From assembly GCA_050575255.1 (NCBI GenBank), contig JBNZDD010013730.1:3733538-3797537 (forward strand): a stretch of 64,000 nt of DNA. Reading direction: 5' to 3'. The DNA comes from Harriotta raleighana. Its lineage: Eukaryota. A model generated the notes under the pieces. It saw nothing but the letters and a program-made list of their open reading frames with translations, did no database searches and had not been told where the DNA came from. Position numbers and translations under genes: made by a program. Of this stretch, positions 49,120 to 62,362 are shown in pieces; within the stretch, counting starts at the first letter, position 1, and each line of letters opens with the position of its first letter.

Positions 49120-50028
49120 CAGTAAAATCTTGTTTATCCGTGACTCGAATAATTGGAAAACCCGTTCAGCCGCCATCTCAAAAAAAAGTCGATTAACCGG
49201 AAGTTATCTGGCGACAGGTTTAATGTCGGGTATAAACTCGTTCCTGCTCCTTTTAAAAGTCACCCTTTTTTTTACCTTGCTCGGATGAGTGCCTGCCGTT
49301 GCAAAGTTAAATACTGTATACAAAATAAATACTGCTGCAGATAGCGGCCAAAGAGAGGGGGAGGGAACGGGGGGTGGGAGGGAGGGAATGGAGAAATGGA
49401 GAGAGGGAGAGGGGTGGGGGGAATGAAGAGACAGAGAAAGAGGAGGGTGCGGAATGGAGAGATGGGGGAAACGGAGAGAGAGATGGGGGAAACNGGTGGG
49501 GGGAATGAAGAGACAGAGAAAGAGGAGGGTGCGGAATGGAGAGATGGGGGAAAGGGAGAGAGAGATGGGGGAAAGCATAACGGAGCAAGAGAGCAAGAGT
49601 GATGCAGGCAGGTTGATGCAGAGAGAGTGAGGGGGAGGGCGAGAGAGGAAAGGGAGGGCGAGTGGTGAGGGTTGTGGACAGAATTTATATGATGGATTCA
49701 GACTGAATATCTTTGAGGGTCTGTGTCTGTGTGTGTATCTATGTTTGTGTGTGCTGGCCACTTGTCAGGTCTAAACTCGCTGCTTTTGTTTTGTTTTACC
49801 TCCATCGAATCAGAGCTTCGATTGCGAGGTTAAGTATAAATAATGTATTAATAGAATATTCGGTTATTATTTAGTCTATTATTAATATAGTATGTGTTCA
49901 AATAATTTTACATTTCTTTTTAAAAAATTATATTCTTTAAAAAAAAATTAAAAATCCCGTTCAACCAGAAATCCATTTAACTGTCACTGGCCAGGAACCG
50001 TGGGTGCCAGATAAATTAGGTTTTACTG
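49120..50028 (+). mobile_element. Tigger/pogo-type element, ~0.9 kb, with GA-rich interior
   Basis: TA|CAGTAAAATCTTGTTTATCCG ... GATAAATTAGGTTTTACTG; ends shared with 11410-12000. Confidence 0.88.
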
Positions 50029-51751
50029 AATTGTCATTTCTTTAGAGACAGATATAATTTTGCCAGGTTCAACAGATTGTTCACAAGCATAGGTCAGCTT
50101 TTCTTGGAAATTTACATATTGGGTATACTTAAAAGAACAGCACTAATGAAATAAATTAAGCTTAAAAAAAAGGCATTTTCACTTTGATGAGTCAGTAATC
50201 ATTACTCTTCACAAATGCTGAATGAGGGCAGATTGTGGCTGTTATATTAAGACCTAAAAATAAATGAATAGCAGTGCTGTATCACGTTTCTCATATAGAC
50301 AAGAATGAAACCTAAAAGCGTATTACTGTCAGTCGTCAAAAAATCTGACATATAAGGTTTCATTTCCATTCTTTTGAACCCTTCTAATTGGCAATAAGTA
50401 TAGTGAATTTGAGTACAGAAATCAGAAGCCACACAGCAATACCACAGTTCAAACAAGGAGTCAACTTAACTGCTCAATACAGCTACCACAAAGTCACAAA
50501 ATGTGGTATCACACCCAGTATCAGCAGTGTTCAGTTGTTTCCTGAGCAAGTACTTTTCAAATGTTTTAAAACAAACAATAACAACTTGAATTTATAGTGC
50601 CCTTCACGCAGGGTAGCATCCTGGAGATAAAAAGATAGTACTGTATAAAGGACTGCCCCAAGCCATTAAATACAAGCTTTTTTCTCTTATTATTTGAGGT
50701 CAATTTCAGTGCAAATATTTATTATCTCTCATTTTTCTCTCATTATTTGAGGTTAATTTCAGTGCAAATATTTCTGCGCTTTCTCAATCTCAAAACTATT
50801 TTGCTAGTGCAGAAAATTTGCTTTCGATCCTTGACATTCACTGGTGACGTTGCTAACTCTGGGGGGAAAGAAGATCAGGGTGAAAGTCTCTGGCATAGCA
50901 AATACTTGTTAATGCTCTTGGTCTAAGATTCATATTGCTGTCTCCACAAATTACCACGTGCTTCATTCCAGTCGTCAGTCTCTCATTTTCACCCAGCTTG
51001 GTTGGGATTTTGCACCCATCACTGGCCAATTAGAAACATAATTCCTTTGATCTTTCAAATAATCCTCTTAATCCTTCCCATCTGGGATTCCTTTCAATTC
51101 ATTTTGTGCGTCTGGTTCCATCAGCTGTGTCAGCATTTCCCATCTCAGTTGGTGCTCTGCTGGCATTTCAAATATCTCCCATTCAGACGAGCAAGTGCCA
51201 GAAATACTTCAAAATGGTTGCTTAGCATCTGGTTTTAAAAACAAAAAAAACTCAAACCCAACTTCTTTCGAGTTGCTGAAGCGCCTAACAGGTCTATTAA
51301 AATATTATCAGTGGTGAAAATCCTGCAGGATTTGCTCGTTTTAAGATTATTTCATAATCCTATAAATTGCTGTAATAAAGGGTTAATGAGAGCATTGGTT
51401 CAAATGTAAGTGATAGTGGTATCTGCATGTAGTCGTGTTTACAAAATGTGATGCAAGATTAAGGATGAAAATAAAATAACAGATTCTGGAGCTGTGACAG
51501 GATTTTGAATTATCCACGTTTAGGGCATTGCGGGTTTCTTGACTACATTCAGTTGTTAATTGTCACCACTTTCAGTCCTGCTGATAAGGTAATCTCGATT
51601 GATGCTTTGATAGCTCCTGAAGTCCTATCCCTCAATTCAAACTTGGTGACTATGAGTAGGTGAGAGAAACTGAAGCAATGTACTTAAGTCTATCGGCACA
51701 TCACACCGCTCCTGTACAGACACAATTCAGAAGCTATGAAGCAGCTCAATA

Positions 51752-52668
51752 CAGTAAAACTCCATTTATCTGGCACCCACGGGATCTGGCCAGTGGCAGT
51801 TAAACAGATTTCTGGTTGAACAAATTTTAATTTTTTAAAAAATATATTTAAAAATTTTTTTAAAAACTTAAAATTATTTTTNCACGGGATCTGGCCAGTG
51901 GCAGTTAAACAGATTTCTGGTTGAACAAATTGTAATTTTTAAAAAAATATATTTAATTTTTTTTTTAAAAACTTAAAATTATTTTAACATACCATATTAA
52001 TAATAGACTAAATAATAACAGAATATTCTATGAGTACATTATTATTATACTTAACTTCGCAATCGCAGCACTGATTCGACGGAGGTAAAACAAAACACGA
52101 CTTTAAAAAGCAACAAGTTTAGACCTAACGGTCAGTACACACATACACAGACATAGACCCTCAAAGATATTCAGTCTGAATCCATCATGTAAATTCTGTC
52201 CACAATCCTCACTTTCCCCCCCACCCCCGCCGTCTCTTTCCTCTCTCTCCCTCCCTCTCTCTGCATCAACCTGCGTGCCATTACTCTCTCTCTCGCTCCA
52301 TTATGCATTCCCCCATCTCTCTCTCTCCCCCATCTGTCACTTACCCCCTCTCTCTTTCTCTGTTGCTCCATCCCCCCACCCCTCTCTCTCTGTTTCCTCC
52401 ATTCCCCCTACCCTCTGCTCCCTCCCTCTCTGGCCGCTACCTGCAGCAGTATTTATTATGTATACAGTACTTAACTTCCCAACAGCAGGCACTCATCCAA
52501 ACAAGGTTAAAAAAAAAGCGACTTTTAAAAGGAGCAGGAACGAGTTTAGACCCGACATTAAACGCGTCGCCGGATAACTTCTGGTTAATCGAATCGGGTC
52601 TTTTCTTTCAGGTGGCGGTTGAACGGATTTTCCGATTATTCGAGTCACGGATAAACAAGGTTATACTG
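51752..52668 (-). mobile_element. Same Tigger/pogo-type element, inverted relative to 49120-50028
   Basis: TA|CAGTAAAACTCCATTTATC ... CGGATAAACAAGGTTATACTG|TA; interior is the reverse complement of the 49-50 kb copy. Confidence 0.9.
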
Positions 52669-53101
52669 TATGTGACTCAGCTTTCACTTGTTTTGCACCC
52701 GACCTTTAACATTTCCCAGGCTACTCTTCATTTAACACAGGGAACTCAGTCAAGTTCAACTTGTGTAAGAGATAATGTCAAACTGATACAATTACCACCA
52801 AAGCCTTTCAAACAAAAATCAGACTTTAAAACATAATTATTAATACATTTTTAGTCCTGAGATCAGTACTCACCAATGAGACTAATCAGTGAGACCACCT
52901 TCGAGACAGCTCTCAGCCAGTTCGTGTCAGGGGAGGAGACATAATGATCAATGACTCAGCTTTAATAGCCACCAACCATTCATTGCTCTCACAATGTTTG
53001 CCTGAGTGACTGTTTCAACTATTTCAAAAGCAGTTGTCCCAAAAATGCCATTGAAATTTATTGGCTAAGTTAAAAATAATCAAAACATAGTCAAGTAACC
53101 A

Positions 53102-53310
53102 AACAACAACTTGGATTTATATAGCTCCCTCCACGTCAGATGGTGTCTCAGAGAACTTCACAATAACAGATCCTGGGGCCAAGCCAGGGGGAGGGGGCAA
53201 AAGGTGACCAAAAGTGCAGTCGAAAAGGTCTTTAGGCATGATCTGAAAATAAGAAAAGTGTGGGCAAGGCAAAGGGAGTAACAAAGGGAGTTCCAGAGCT
53301 TCAGGGCGTA
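53102..53310 (-). mobile_element. L2 3' fragment
   Basis: caacaacttggatttatatagc...aaaaggtcttt...gggagttccagagc. Confidence 0.6.
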
Positions 53311-53458
53311 AAACAAATTTAAAAAACATAATTATTCTTTTGGGAATTGTTTTTTGAAATAAAAAATTCATTAGTTCTTCCATATCCTTTGCTTCCACAA
53401 GTCTTGACAAATGGATGGGCAGGTTACAAAGATCATGGACGCGTCACTATCACTTTGT

Positions 53459-53783
53459 GGAGCTCCTGGTAGCTCAGTGGTTAGAGCACTCGCCTTACAA
53501 GCGTGAGACCTGTGTTCGAACCCAGGCAGATCAAGGCGAAACCTTAGGAAGTTTCCTTGCTCCACATGCCTAATAATAATCCGTCCCAAAAAACCCACAT
53601 TAATAAAAATTGGTGATTTTCAATCCACGACTGTTTGTGGGACACTACTGTGCGCAATCAGCTGCCATGTTTCGCCCACAAATATAGTCAATTCACTTTA
53701 CAGTACATTCTGCAAAGTGTTTTGAGACGTCGATAAGATGTGAAAAGCACAATATCAAATGCAAGGATTATTATTATTATTAT
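53459..53783 (+). mobile_element. Full-length SINE
   Basis: ggagctcctggtagctcagtggttagagcactcgccttacaagcg head to caaatgcaagg(att)n. Confidence 0.92.
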
Positions 53784-54118
53784 ATCATTTCCAATATATC
53801 TGAATGAAACGCTCAATTCATTGAAAATACTTCCTATTTGATCAGACCAACTGAGGCAATCAACTGACCACCCAAGGACCCAGAGCAATCTGCCTGACTG
53901 AATAAATTTACAAAGCTATCACATACTGGCTAAATGTTTTCACCAGCCTTCATCCAATCCCAGCAGTACACATATATACTGTTGCCACTTAACAGAGCTA
54001 GTAGTCAGGATCATCCACAAGCCACTCTGAAAATTACACTATTTGCCACACTATTTCATGTGTAATGCGTATCATGCCAACAATGTATGGGAATATACTG
54101 CAAAAAATGCTATACAAA

Positions 54119-54580
54119 AACAACAACAAAATTACATTGTAAAGTGCCTTTCGTGTCTGGAGGATGCACCCAGGTGCTGACAGTCAGTGTTTCAGACCCG
54201 AGTTGGGTCGGGATCTGGGTGGGTGGAGGGAAGGGTGGTGGGTGACCGATGGCACGGTCAAAAAGGGGGGTCTTGGGACAGGACTTGAAGGAAACTAGAG
54301 AGGGGGTGAGGCAAAGGGAGTGGAGGTTGGTAGGGGTTTAGGAGGTTGCAGAAGTAAGGTGGGGAAGGGCCATGGGAGGCTTTTAAAGGTGAGACCCAAC
54401 TCTTGTTGCGTCATAAGCATGTGGGCTTGAGACCCATCCCAGGACATGTGCTAACACAGCCTTTCCCTCCACACCCTCCCTGATCCCAGCTCGGGCCTGA
54501 AACATTGACAGTCCAGTGCCTTGCGATGTCTTCCCTGACGCGAAAGGCAGTAAAAAAAATGAAATTTTGTTGTTGTTGTA
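54119..54580. mobile_element. Two L2 3' ends in inverted orientation with tails pointing outward
   Basis: 54119-54240 is the reverse complement of ~54458-54580 (ctcggg(t/c)ctgaaaca(c/t)tgac...cgaaaggca...aattttgttgttg). Confidence 0.75.
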
Positions 54581-57500
54581 GAGGTCACTAGTTATCTCCA
54601 TCAATGATTACCAAACCAGAACTTGAATCAGTAGCTGTAGGGAGAGGTATAAAAAGCCAAAGTGGGAACACAAGCTTCCAGAACAAGTAGTTAACAAAAT
54701 TTCTCACTCACACACAAAGTACCAGGTTTACAAGTCAGAAATCCAAATTATTGGAGCTTTGATAACCAAAGATCTATACTTTTTGCATGTTAATCCAATA
54801 GAAAGCAGGTTTCACATGTTAATTGGCTTTGAATCATGTGCCAAACTTTATTAAATATTTGGCATTTATATATCACCCTTTAGGCAGAATAAACATTCCA
54901 AAGTACTATTCAAATCCTAGCTGATTTAGAAATGAAATATTATACAAGCAAACACAGCAGCTAATCAGCTTTGGTTTGAGACACCATTCTCTGCAAGTCT
55001 GTGACTTTATATCCATGTTCAATAATCAACTATTAACTTTAGTTGTAAATGGCACTTCCCTTTCCCCACTCTCAAACTTTTAATTTTCCCTATGAAACTT
55101 TGATTCATCTTCACCAAATTGTTTATCCAGAGGCCATTAAAAGAGAGGGAAAACCTCACAATTTGGCCCACAACCTGTGGTAAATTAACTATCACTGCTG
55201 CTATGGAGACATAAGTTTCCAATTCTGGAACAGCAGTGTCCCTTTATTTCTAAAACTGTACCCAGTTAGATAATATGTTGCACAGACATCAAGGTACGTT
55301 TGAAAGTTGATCACTTGCTTGAAATTATTTTCATGTTAAATTTCAAACAAAAAATTCAAATTCACACAATTTAATTATTCTACGAGTGATAAAACCAAAT
55401 GTGGTTCAAATGAACAGCGTTTCATAAGCAGTTGTAATATAAAAATGATTAACATGAGATGAAGTGTTGTAAAAAGATACTAAAACCACTTTTCTGTTCT
55501 GCCTATTTAGGGCCCTAGTTTGCGAAGGATGTGTTATTTAGCAATTATACTGCATTTGTAAATGTGTAAGAGATTTATATTCCAAGAGAAGTTGACAAAA
55601 CCGAACGATACAATATTTTCAAAGCTACATCATCCCCAAATTACAAAGAAGTAAAGTTTGCTAATACTGGTAGATTCATTCAATTTGGTTCCAATGGCTT
55701 GACTACATTCAAATACTATTATTCTGATATCTATTACATTAATCGGATATGCCCATATAATTAAAAACATGGTTTGACTGTACTTGAAATTCAGCAGAAC
55801 TGTAAAGCTAACAGAATAAAATGCCCCCTGGAAATCTACTGATCTTAGACAAATATTTAGGCGTTAGCAAAAATTTTTGTAAATGTCTTCTGAGTAGTAA
55901 GCCAAGTAATGTTAAAACCCCAAGATACTGAAAATCATAATTCAAAAACCTTCATAAATTTCACTATGATAAAGCCAGAAAATGCTGAAAATTCAAATCC
56001 TGTACGTTATTGGGAATGGAGAGGTTTCATGGTGTGACAACCTCAGGAAATGGTCTCACAACAATATGATTTTCCATCTTAAGGTGGGATAGCCTATTTA
56101 GTGTCAAATTAAGGTCAATTTCATGCTCATGTTCAGTAAGAACTAGTTTCATACTCATTTCACATAGAATCTTTGGCTCAAGCTAACAGGTGAAAGGTTC
56201 ACAGTTGCTAACATTGCATTACACAAGTCAGTGCCCAACACAGCTTTTTAAAATTTAATAAATCCCTGAAAGGTTACCACTTGATTAATAAAACTAACAA
56301 GAGTTGAGAGTCTGCTACAAGTGTCAATGCAGTCATGTTGCAGCTTTGGGTAGCTTGTTCATCTCCTCGAATGGGAATGGTCTTCTAGCTAAAATTAGGT
56401 ACAAGATTACTAACCAATCAATTCACGACATCTTACTCACTGATAAAATTAGTACAGTATTTCAAGATTTGGGTGTAAATTACCCACATGGTTGTAATCC
56501 ATGGATTAATCTACACAACAGGCTATTCAACACATCCCTATAGCTGACCACAGCTAAAATAAAGACAGCTCAGCAGAGCTGTCTTGGCGATTTCCGACAT
56601 TCCTGAATTTTATTCCAAATACTGTAATGACTTTACAAACTTAGCCACTGGGGTGTTTAACAAGTGGAATTAAAGCAGTGCTCATACCCAGTGATATTTT
56701 TCCTAAGAAAGGCAGACTCCTTAGGATCATTTGTACTCTCACGACTCACTCACAAACAATGTCTCAGCTGTAATCAAACTAGCATGTCCGCACATAAACC
56801 CTGCATGTTCAGTGACCCCAGCCTTTCTTGGCATCGTGATGTTCTTGTCCCATGACTTGGTGAAAGAGAGGTGCTGAAGCAGAAAGTTTTGTTAAGATTT
56901 AGATTTGACAGATAATACAGCAAACAAGTTCTTTCATGGGAGAGACTGGCAATATGGTGGGGAAGGGAGAGGAGATAAGAAAAAGACCAGGAAAATGGCA
57001 ATATAGTAAACAAGTTGAAATGCAAATCCCAAACTGAGACTATGCTGCAAAAGGCCTATTGGATGGATTTAAGACTTCAAAACAACTGCGTAAAATCTGT
57101 TCAAAGGAATACTTAGCTTTGCCATGTTAGACGAGAATGTACTCTCTCCAGAGGTTATCTTACTCCTATTTACTTGTAATTTACGTAACCTGCTTGCAAT
57201 CTATCTCTGTTTACAACACAATTGTTCTTGGATTCATTACAGATTCTAAATTTCCATATGTCAAAATTGTTTCCATGTAAATATGATTGTGCAAAACACT
57301 TTGCCAAAGCTTGAAGGAACCATTTCCACTGAGAGCTGCATTGCACAGTCTGTGATGGAATAACACCCAAAAGGTCTGAATTAATGGTCCGATTGTCCCT
57401 CCATATATGGATACAACGAACATGCTTTCTGTTTAAACTCTCCGAACAGCTGTGTTCCCTTCAAGCATGAATAGAAAATCTCACGCTACACAAACGTTCC

Positions 57501-58657
57501 TTTAGCAACCACACCACCAGCAACAAACACAAGTGCAAGACTAACTAAAATGACATGTACAGGCAAGGGCTAAAAGTTTTGAAAAGATGCACCTAGAACA
57601 TCACCAAATACTGTATTGCCTTAATTTACTGATGAGAGTCTCACTTGTATTTACCCTTTTCAATTGTTAGAAACATGCATTTTGTTACGGGTTGTATTTC
57701 TTGTTGAAAATGATTTTTTTTTAAAAATCTGCCAGATGTAGCATTTATCTAACATACAGAGCTGAAAAATCAATCAGACTTGGTTCACTATTTGGATAAA
57801 TATTATTGGCAGCTAAATAGAATCAATAATGTAAGCCATTTCTTAAGCATTATGGGTGAGAAGAAATGTGGTTTTGTTGGGTTATATTCACTTCAGTAGT
57901 TTTCCAATCTACCCAGGTTTTTGTCTAGAAGACATGAAAAGTGCTATATCAAATGCAAGGATTATTATTATCCATTTTTTCTTGAAGTTCAGATTAGCAC
58001 TCTGAGGAGGAGCATTATATAAATACATGTTGTTGTTGTTAAAGTCCAGACTATAATGCCACAGTCAGCAGGGTAACTGTGGTACTTTATTCAAGATACA
58101 TCCATGAGTTGGCAGTATTGTGCTATTGACAAGCAAACCCTTTCCATTTTACTAAACACTCCTACTCCTGTACTATTATCAAGAGGTATCAGGTAGTGAT
58201 CAGAAGCAGAAGCAATGGTTACATTTCTCCCTTTTTAGCCCAGGGTAATTCATGGCATTTGAAGCTCCTCAATGCCCACACCAATTAATTTAAAGTGGAT
58301 CTTACCTATTCACTGACTTAAGACAGATCATAGAAATTGTCCCTTTACTTAGGCATTCCACCAATGACCGTATCACACAGTATATTGTTTTCTTTACGGT
58401 ACTGTAAGTATTCTGCAGCTTGAATTTACTTTTCTAAATAACTCAAAACAATGATACCTCGGCAGCTGGGAGGGTGACTTTAAAAGTTTGGGGAAAAATA
58501 AATCTTTCTTTCCTCATACCAGCTCCAACTTTACTTCACATATGACACATTACTATTTCTCTAAAACTGGAATGGAAGATAAATTGAAGCTGGATAGCTA
58601 GTTAAAACAAACACAGTACAATTCTTCCAGCTTGTTTTATGCAGTTGATTCAACATA

Positions 58658-59063
58658 CAGTAAAAGCTTTGTTATCTGGCAGTACCTGACCGGTACTAGT
58701 TAATCAAATATGCTGGATATTTGAGCAGAAGTTGCCGAAAATCCTACACAAAAAATTAACTTATTTTAAAACAAACCATATTGATAAGACTAAATCTAAT
58801 AGAATATGGTATGGATACTTACCAATAAAGCATACATAAATAGTACAATCAACCCTTGACGAATGCGGGGGTTATATTCCTGGAAAAAACAGCGCACTCG
58901 GTAAAATCACGCTCGGTAAGTTTAATAAGTGCATATGCGCAAACTGAGCTTATGCGCGGAGGAAACCGTGTATACTCAAATTTCATTTGTATTGGGAGAT
59001 ACCGGTTGGTTGAGCGTGCTGGTTGGCTGGTTAGTTGGTTGCCGGATAACCAAGCTTTTACTG
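58658..59063. mobile_element. Tigger-type MITE
   Basis: TA|CAGTAAAAGCTTTGTTATCTGGCA ... TGCCGGATAACCAAGCTTTTACTG|TA. Confidence 0.85.
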
Positions 59064-60481
59064 TATATTGGAATTTTTGTTTGATAAATCCATAAAAAGT
59101 GAATGTCCTTCAACTTAGCCTTTAGACTTTTGCTCAACAGAATTTCTTGGTTAATCTTCTATCAGGTTATGTCTTTTAAACTTGATTCACTTGGCCATAA
59201 ATGTACATGTGATTTCATAAGCACTTTATAAACATGCTTCAATGAGTTAGATTTAGATCTTCACTATCATCATCAATCAGCACACTACACGGTACTGTAG
59301 AAAGAGAATTGTGGGTAGAGGCAAAGGATGCAACATGGATAACTATGGATCATCTATGTCTTTCAAAGGATGAAAAGCAAGTTTTAAACTGATTAACAGA
59401 TAAAGTCCAGATGTATTACACAACATTCTAGATACACGTCATTCAACAAGAAATCTGGAAAAGGGACTGGTTTAGAATTTCACTGTTCTAACTGATCAAA
59501 ATAATTGATTTTCAACACATAATAAAGTATAAATCAGTGTAAGTGCAAACAATACATCAATATTATCATTCCTGCTTCAGAACAAATTAGGGATGATTTT
59601 TCAAATGCTAAATAATGCTTAATTCACTTGTTGCTTAAAACAGCTGTATAGATTTAATAGGAATTACATCTGGATTTTTAACCAAACACCCAGATAACTT
59701 TGTTTGATTGAGGCTACACACTTCACCATCTGAATGAGAAGGACTTTTAGTCCCAGCTTTCATGGACATTGACCAAGTACAGTTCACGGAAAGCTGCACA
59801 CAGTAGAGCAAGAAGGTCAACTAGAGAGAGTAGATTCGATTCACCGCCTCCAAACCTATGATCAAACACTGACTTTTGATCATAAATAAGAGGACAATCT
59901 CAAGCACGAGAACAGTTATGGTCCTAGTCAGAGAAATGAAAACCGGCCCCAAGAAAGAACAAAATGTCTAAGTGGAAAATGCAACATTACTACCAAAAAC
60001 AAGCATCCATTTAAAGTGTTAAAAATAAATGCTATTTTATTCAAATTTGGTTTGCACACTAAAGCAGTGTCTGAGCCAGAATACATAGTTATCCTTTGTT
60101 CCTGTCAAACAAAAGTATAGTGAATCCCACTTTATAATATAGTAGTTGGATTCAAAACATCAAAACCAACAATATATATGTAACTAGGCCTGAGCTCAGT
60201 AAGGCAAACCATGCCTTGGTGCCAAAATGGCCAGTCATCAGATTGGAGCCTTCACCACCTTTGGACATGCAGCACACAGGAATTGACTTCAACAGTGACC
60301 TGATGACAAGGAAGGCAGTCATTTTCACTTCCCCGTGTTGGTTTGTGTTTTGTGCTTCTGCGAAGATGTGATGAAGCCATGGTTGTAAACATAGGCTGCT
60401 CCAAGAATGTTAAATATTTTCTGTGTTTGTATTTTATTCAAGAATAGATTAGTAAATTTAATTGAGTAAGCTGCATGAGTA

Positions 60482-60811
60482 TGTTACGGGCAATGTACAT
60501 TAAAGACCTGGGTTGCTCCGCACCCTCAGGCAGGTTGGCATCAGATCAGGCAGGCTCAGGACAAATAACAAAGGGCTAAATCAATTAAGAGCACACAGTG
60601 CAATACCTCAAGGACTAGGTGTACTGTCGGAAGAAGAACAAAGACAAGGGAATAACAGAAACAGGAGTATCTTGGACTGTCATCTCACAACTAAGAATAA
60701 GGTAATATACATTTAGGATAACGAGGTCTGAAATACCGGACAGATAGGACATCGGGGAAGTTAGACACCATAATTGGAGTGGGACCTCGAGGTAATAGGA
60801 GGCCTCTGACA
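60482..60811. mobile_element. Probable solo LTR (330 bp)
   Basis: TGTTA...TGACA termini flanked by a 4-bp direct repeat AGTA. Confidence 0.6.
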
Positions 60812-61699
60812 AGTACCCTCAAAGCAAAACTTACAGACTCACCCTAATACTGAATTTGAAGAGCTGAAATGATTTGCCATCGCTTCCATTTCAGAACAAG
60901 AAATAGAATTTCCTGGTCTCCACGGGGGCTGAGCAGAACTCTGCACAAAAACTACTGACTTGCACAGTGCTGCCAAATACAATCTTTTAATGTTATTAAA
61001 GAGCCAAGGGTATGTNATACTGAATTTGAAGAGCTGAAATGATTTGCCATCGCTTCCATTTCAGAAGAAATAGAATTTCCTGGTCTCCACAGGGGCTGAG
61101 CAGAACTCTGCACAAAAACTACTGACTTGCACAGTGCTGCCAAATACAATCTTTTAATGTTATTAAAGAGCCAAGGGTATGTGTAGCCAATTTGGAAAAT
61201 TAGCCAATCCAGAAAATTTACATAGAAAATCGACGATATATAGTTGATTCACTTTACAGTATATTCTGTGAAGCGCTTTGAGATACCTAAGACATGAAAA
61301 GCGCAATATCAAATCTAAGGGTTTTTGCTATAAAGAGTCATCTGATGGACTACCTGTAAACATCCAAATGAAATTTTATTTCGCAACTGTAATTTTCAAA
61401 AAGTAATTTTAAAAATTGTCTGCAGTACTGACCTAATTTATAGTGCAGCTGATACATTTGCTCCTGAAACCACCTTCCAAGGTGGCTTCGGGAAATGGCC
61501 CATGGAATCAAGTGAATGCCTGTAAAACAGGAGCTAGACTGCACTTACAGCAGCAATTCGATCCAAAAACAGAGTCATATTGATGCTAATTGCAATATAA
61601 ATAGGATGTGGTTCTCTCTCTTGCCTGCAAGGGAAAGATTATTTCTGTCCATTGCCCTGCCTTTGACAAAATAGCGTGATCAAGCATTTAGTTTACCCT

Positions 61700-62362
61700 C
61701 GGATAAGTGAAAGCACTGACCAATATTGTATCAAAATCTCAAACATTTTTAAAATCTGAAATATCGTAGCAAACAAATGGTGATTAACAAACTTGTGCAT
61801 ATAAGTCACAGGCATCAATGGAATGCATCCAAATAGGGAATATATAGAAGAGGCCTTTGTTGGATAACTCTTGAAGAGGAAATAGACAATTAACCGAGAA
61901 CCAATGAAAGAAGGGCAGGAAGTGTATTTTAAAGAAGAATTTGGGGAGAACATCCAGTACCAGTTGATGGTTGGGAGTGTTGTGTTGTTTGGGCTAAGAA
62001 CCAAAGTTTGTATCAATAACACTAGGAATCAGAGACTGTAAAAGTAGCATTTTCCCTGGAAATAAATAAGGCTTGTCAGTGGAGAAGTTCCACCATAAGA
62101 GGTAAATTTTAATCATCGAATGGAGTGAAGGAGTGTAATTTTGTAATAAAGGACAGTTTAATGCTTTATGTTCTTTGGGAAATGTTCTGGGCAAAATGGG
62201 TATCGATATCCGTAAACTGGGAAAAGAGCCAGTTCTATTCTAGTCTTCAAGCAAGGACAAAGACTTGAAATAAAGAACTGCAGCCTTCTTTGGGATGTTT
62301 TAAGAGCCTGAACAGACATAATGGGCTGAATGGTCATCTTCTTCACTGTTAATTTCTATGGC
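61700..62362 (+). mobile_element. Old CR1-like LINE 3' remnant
   Basis: Purine-rich decayed sequence ending atgggctgaatggtc...ctgttaatttctatg, a CR1-type tail. Confidence 0.45.

Noticed and set aside
50678-50773. ~53-bp direct tandem repeat (also a 19-bp one at ~25568)
   Set aside because: Ordinary local slippage duplications with no sign of function.
53459-53530. tRNA-like sequences (also at 555, 13650, 16200, 26860, 63955)
   Set aside because: SINE heads lacking a proper acceptor stem and continuing into SINE body.
60848-61182. ~167-bp tandem duplication
   Set aside because: Copies are joined by a single N (61016) and differ by a SNP and a small indel: overlapping contig ends or alleles, an assembly artefact.
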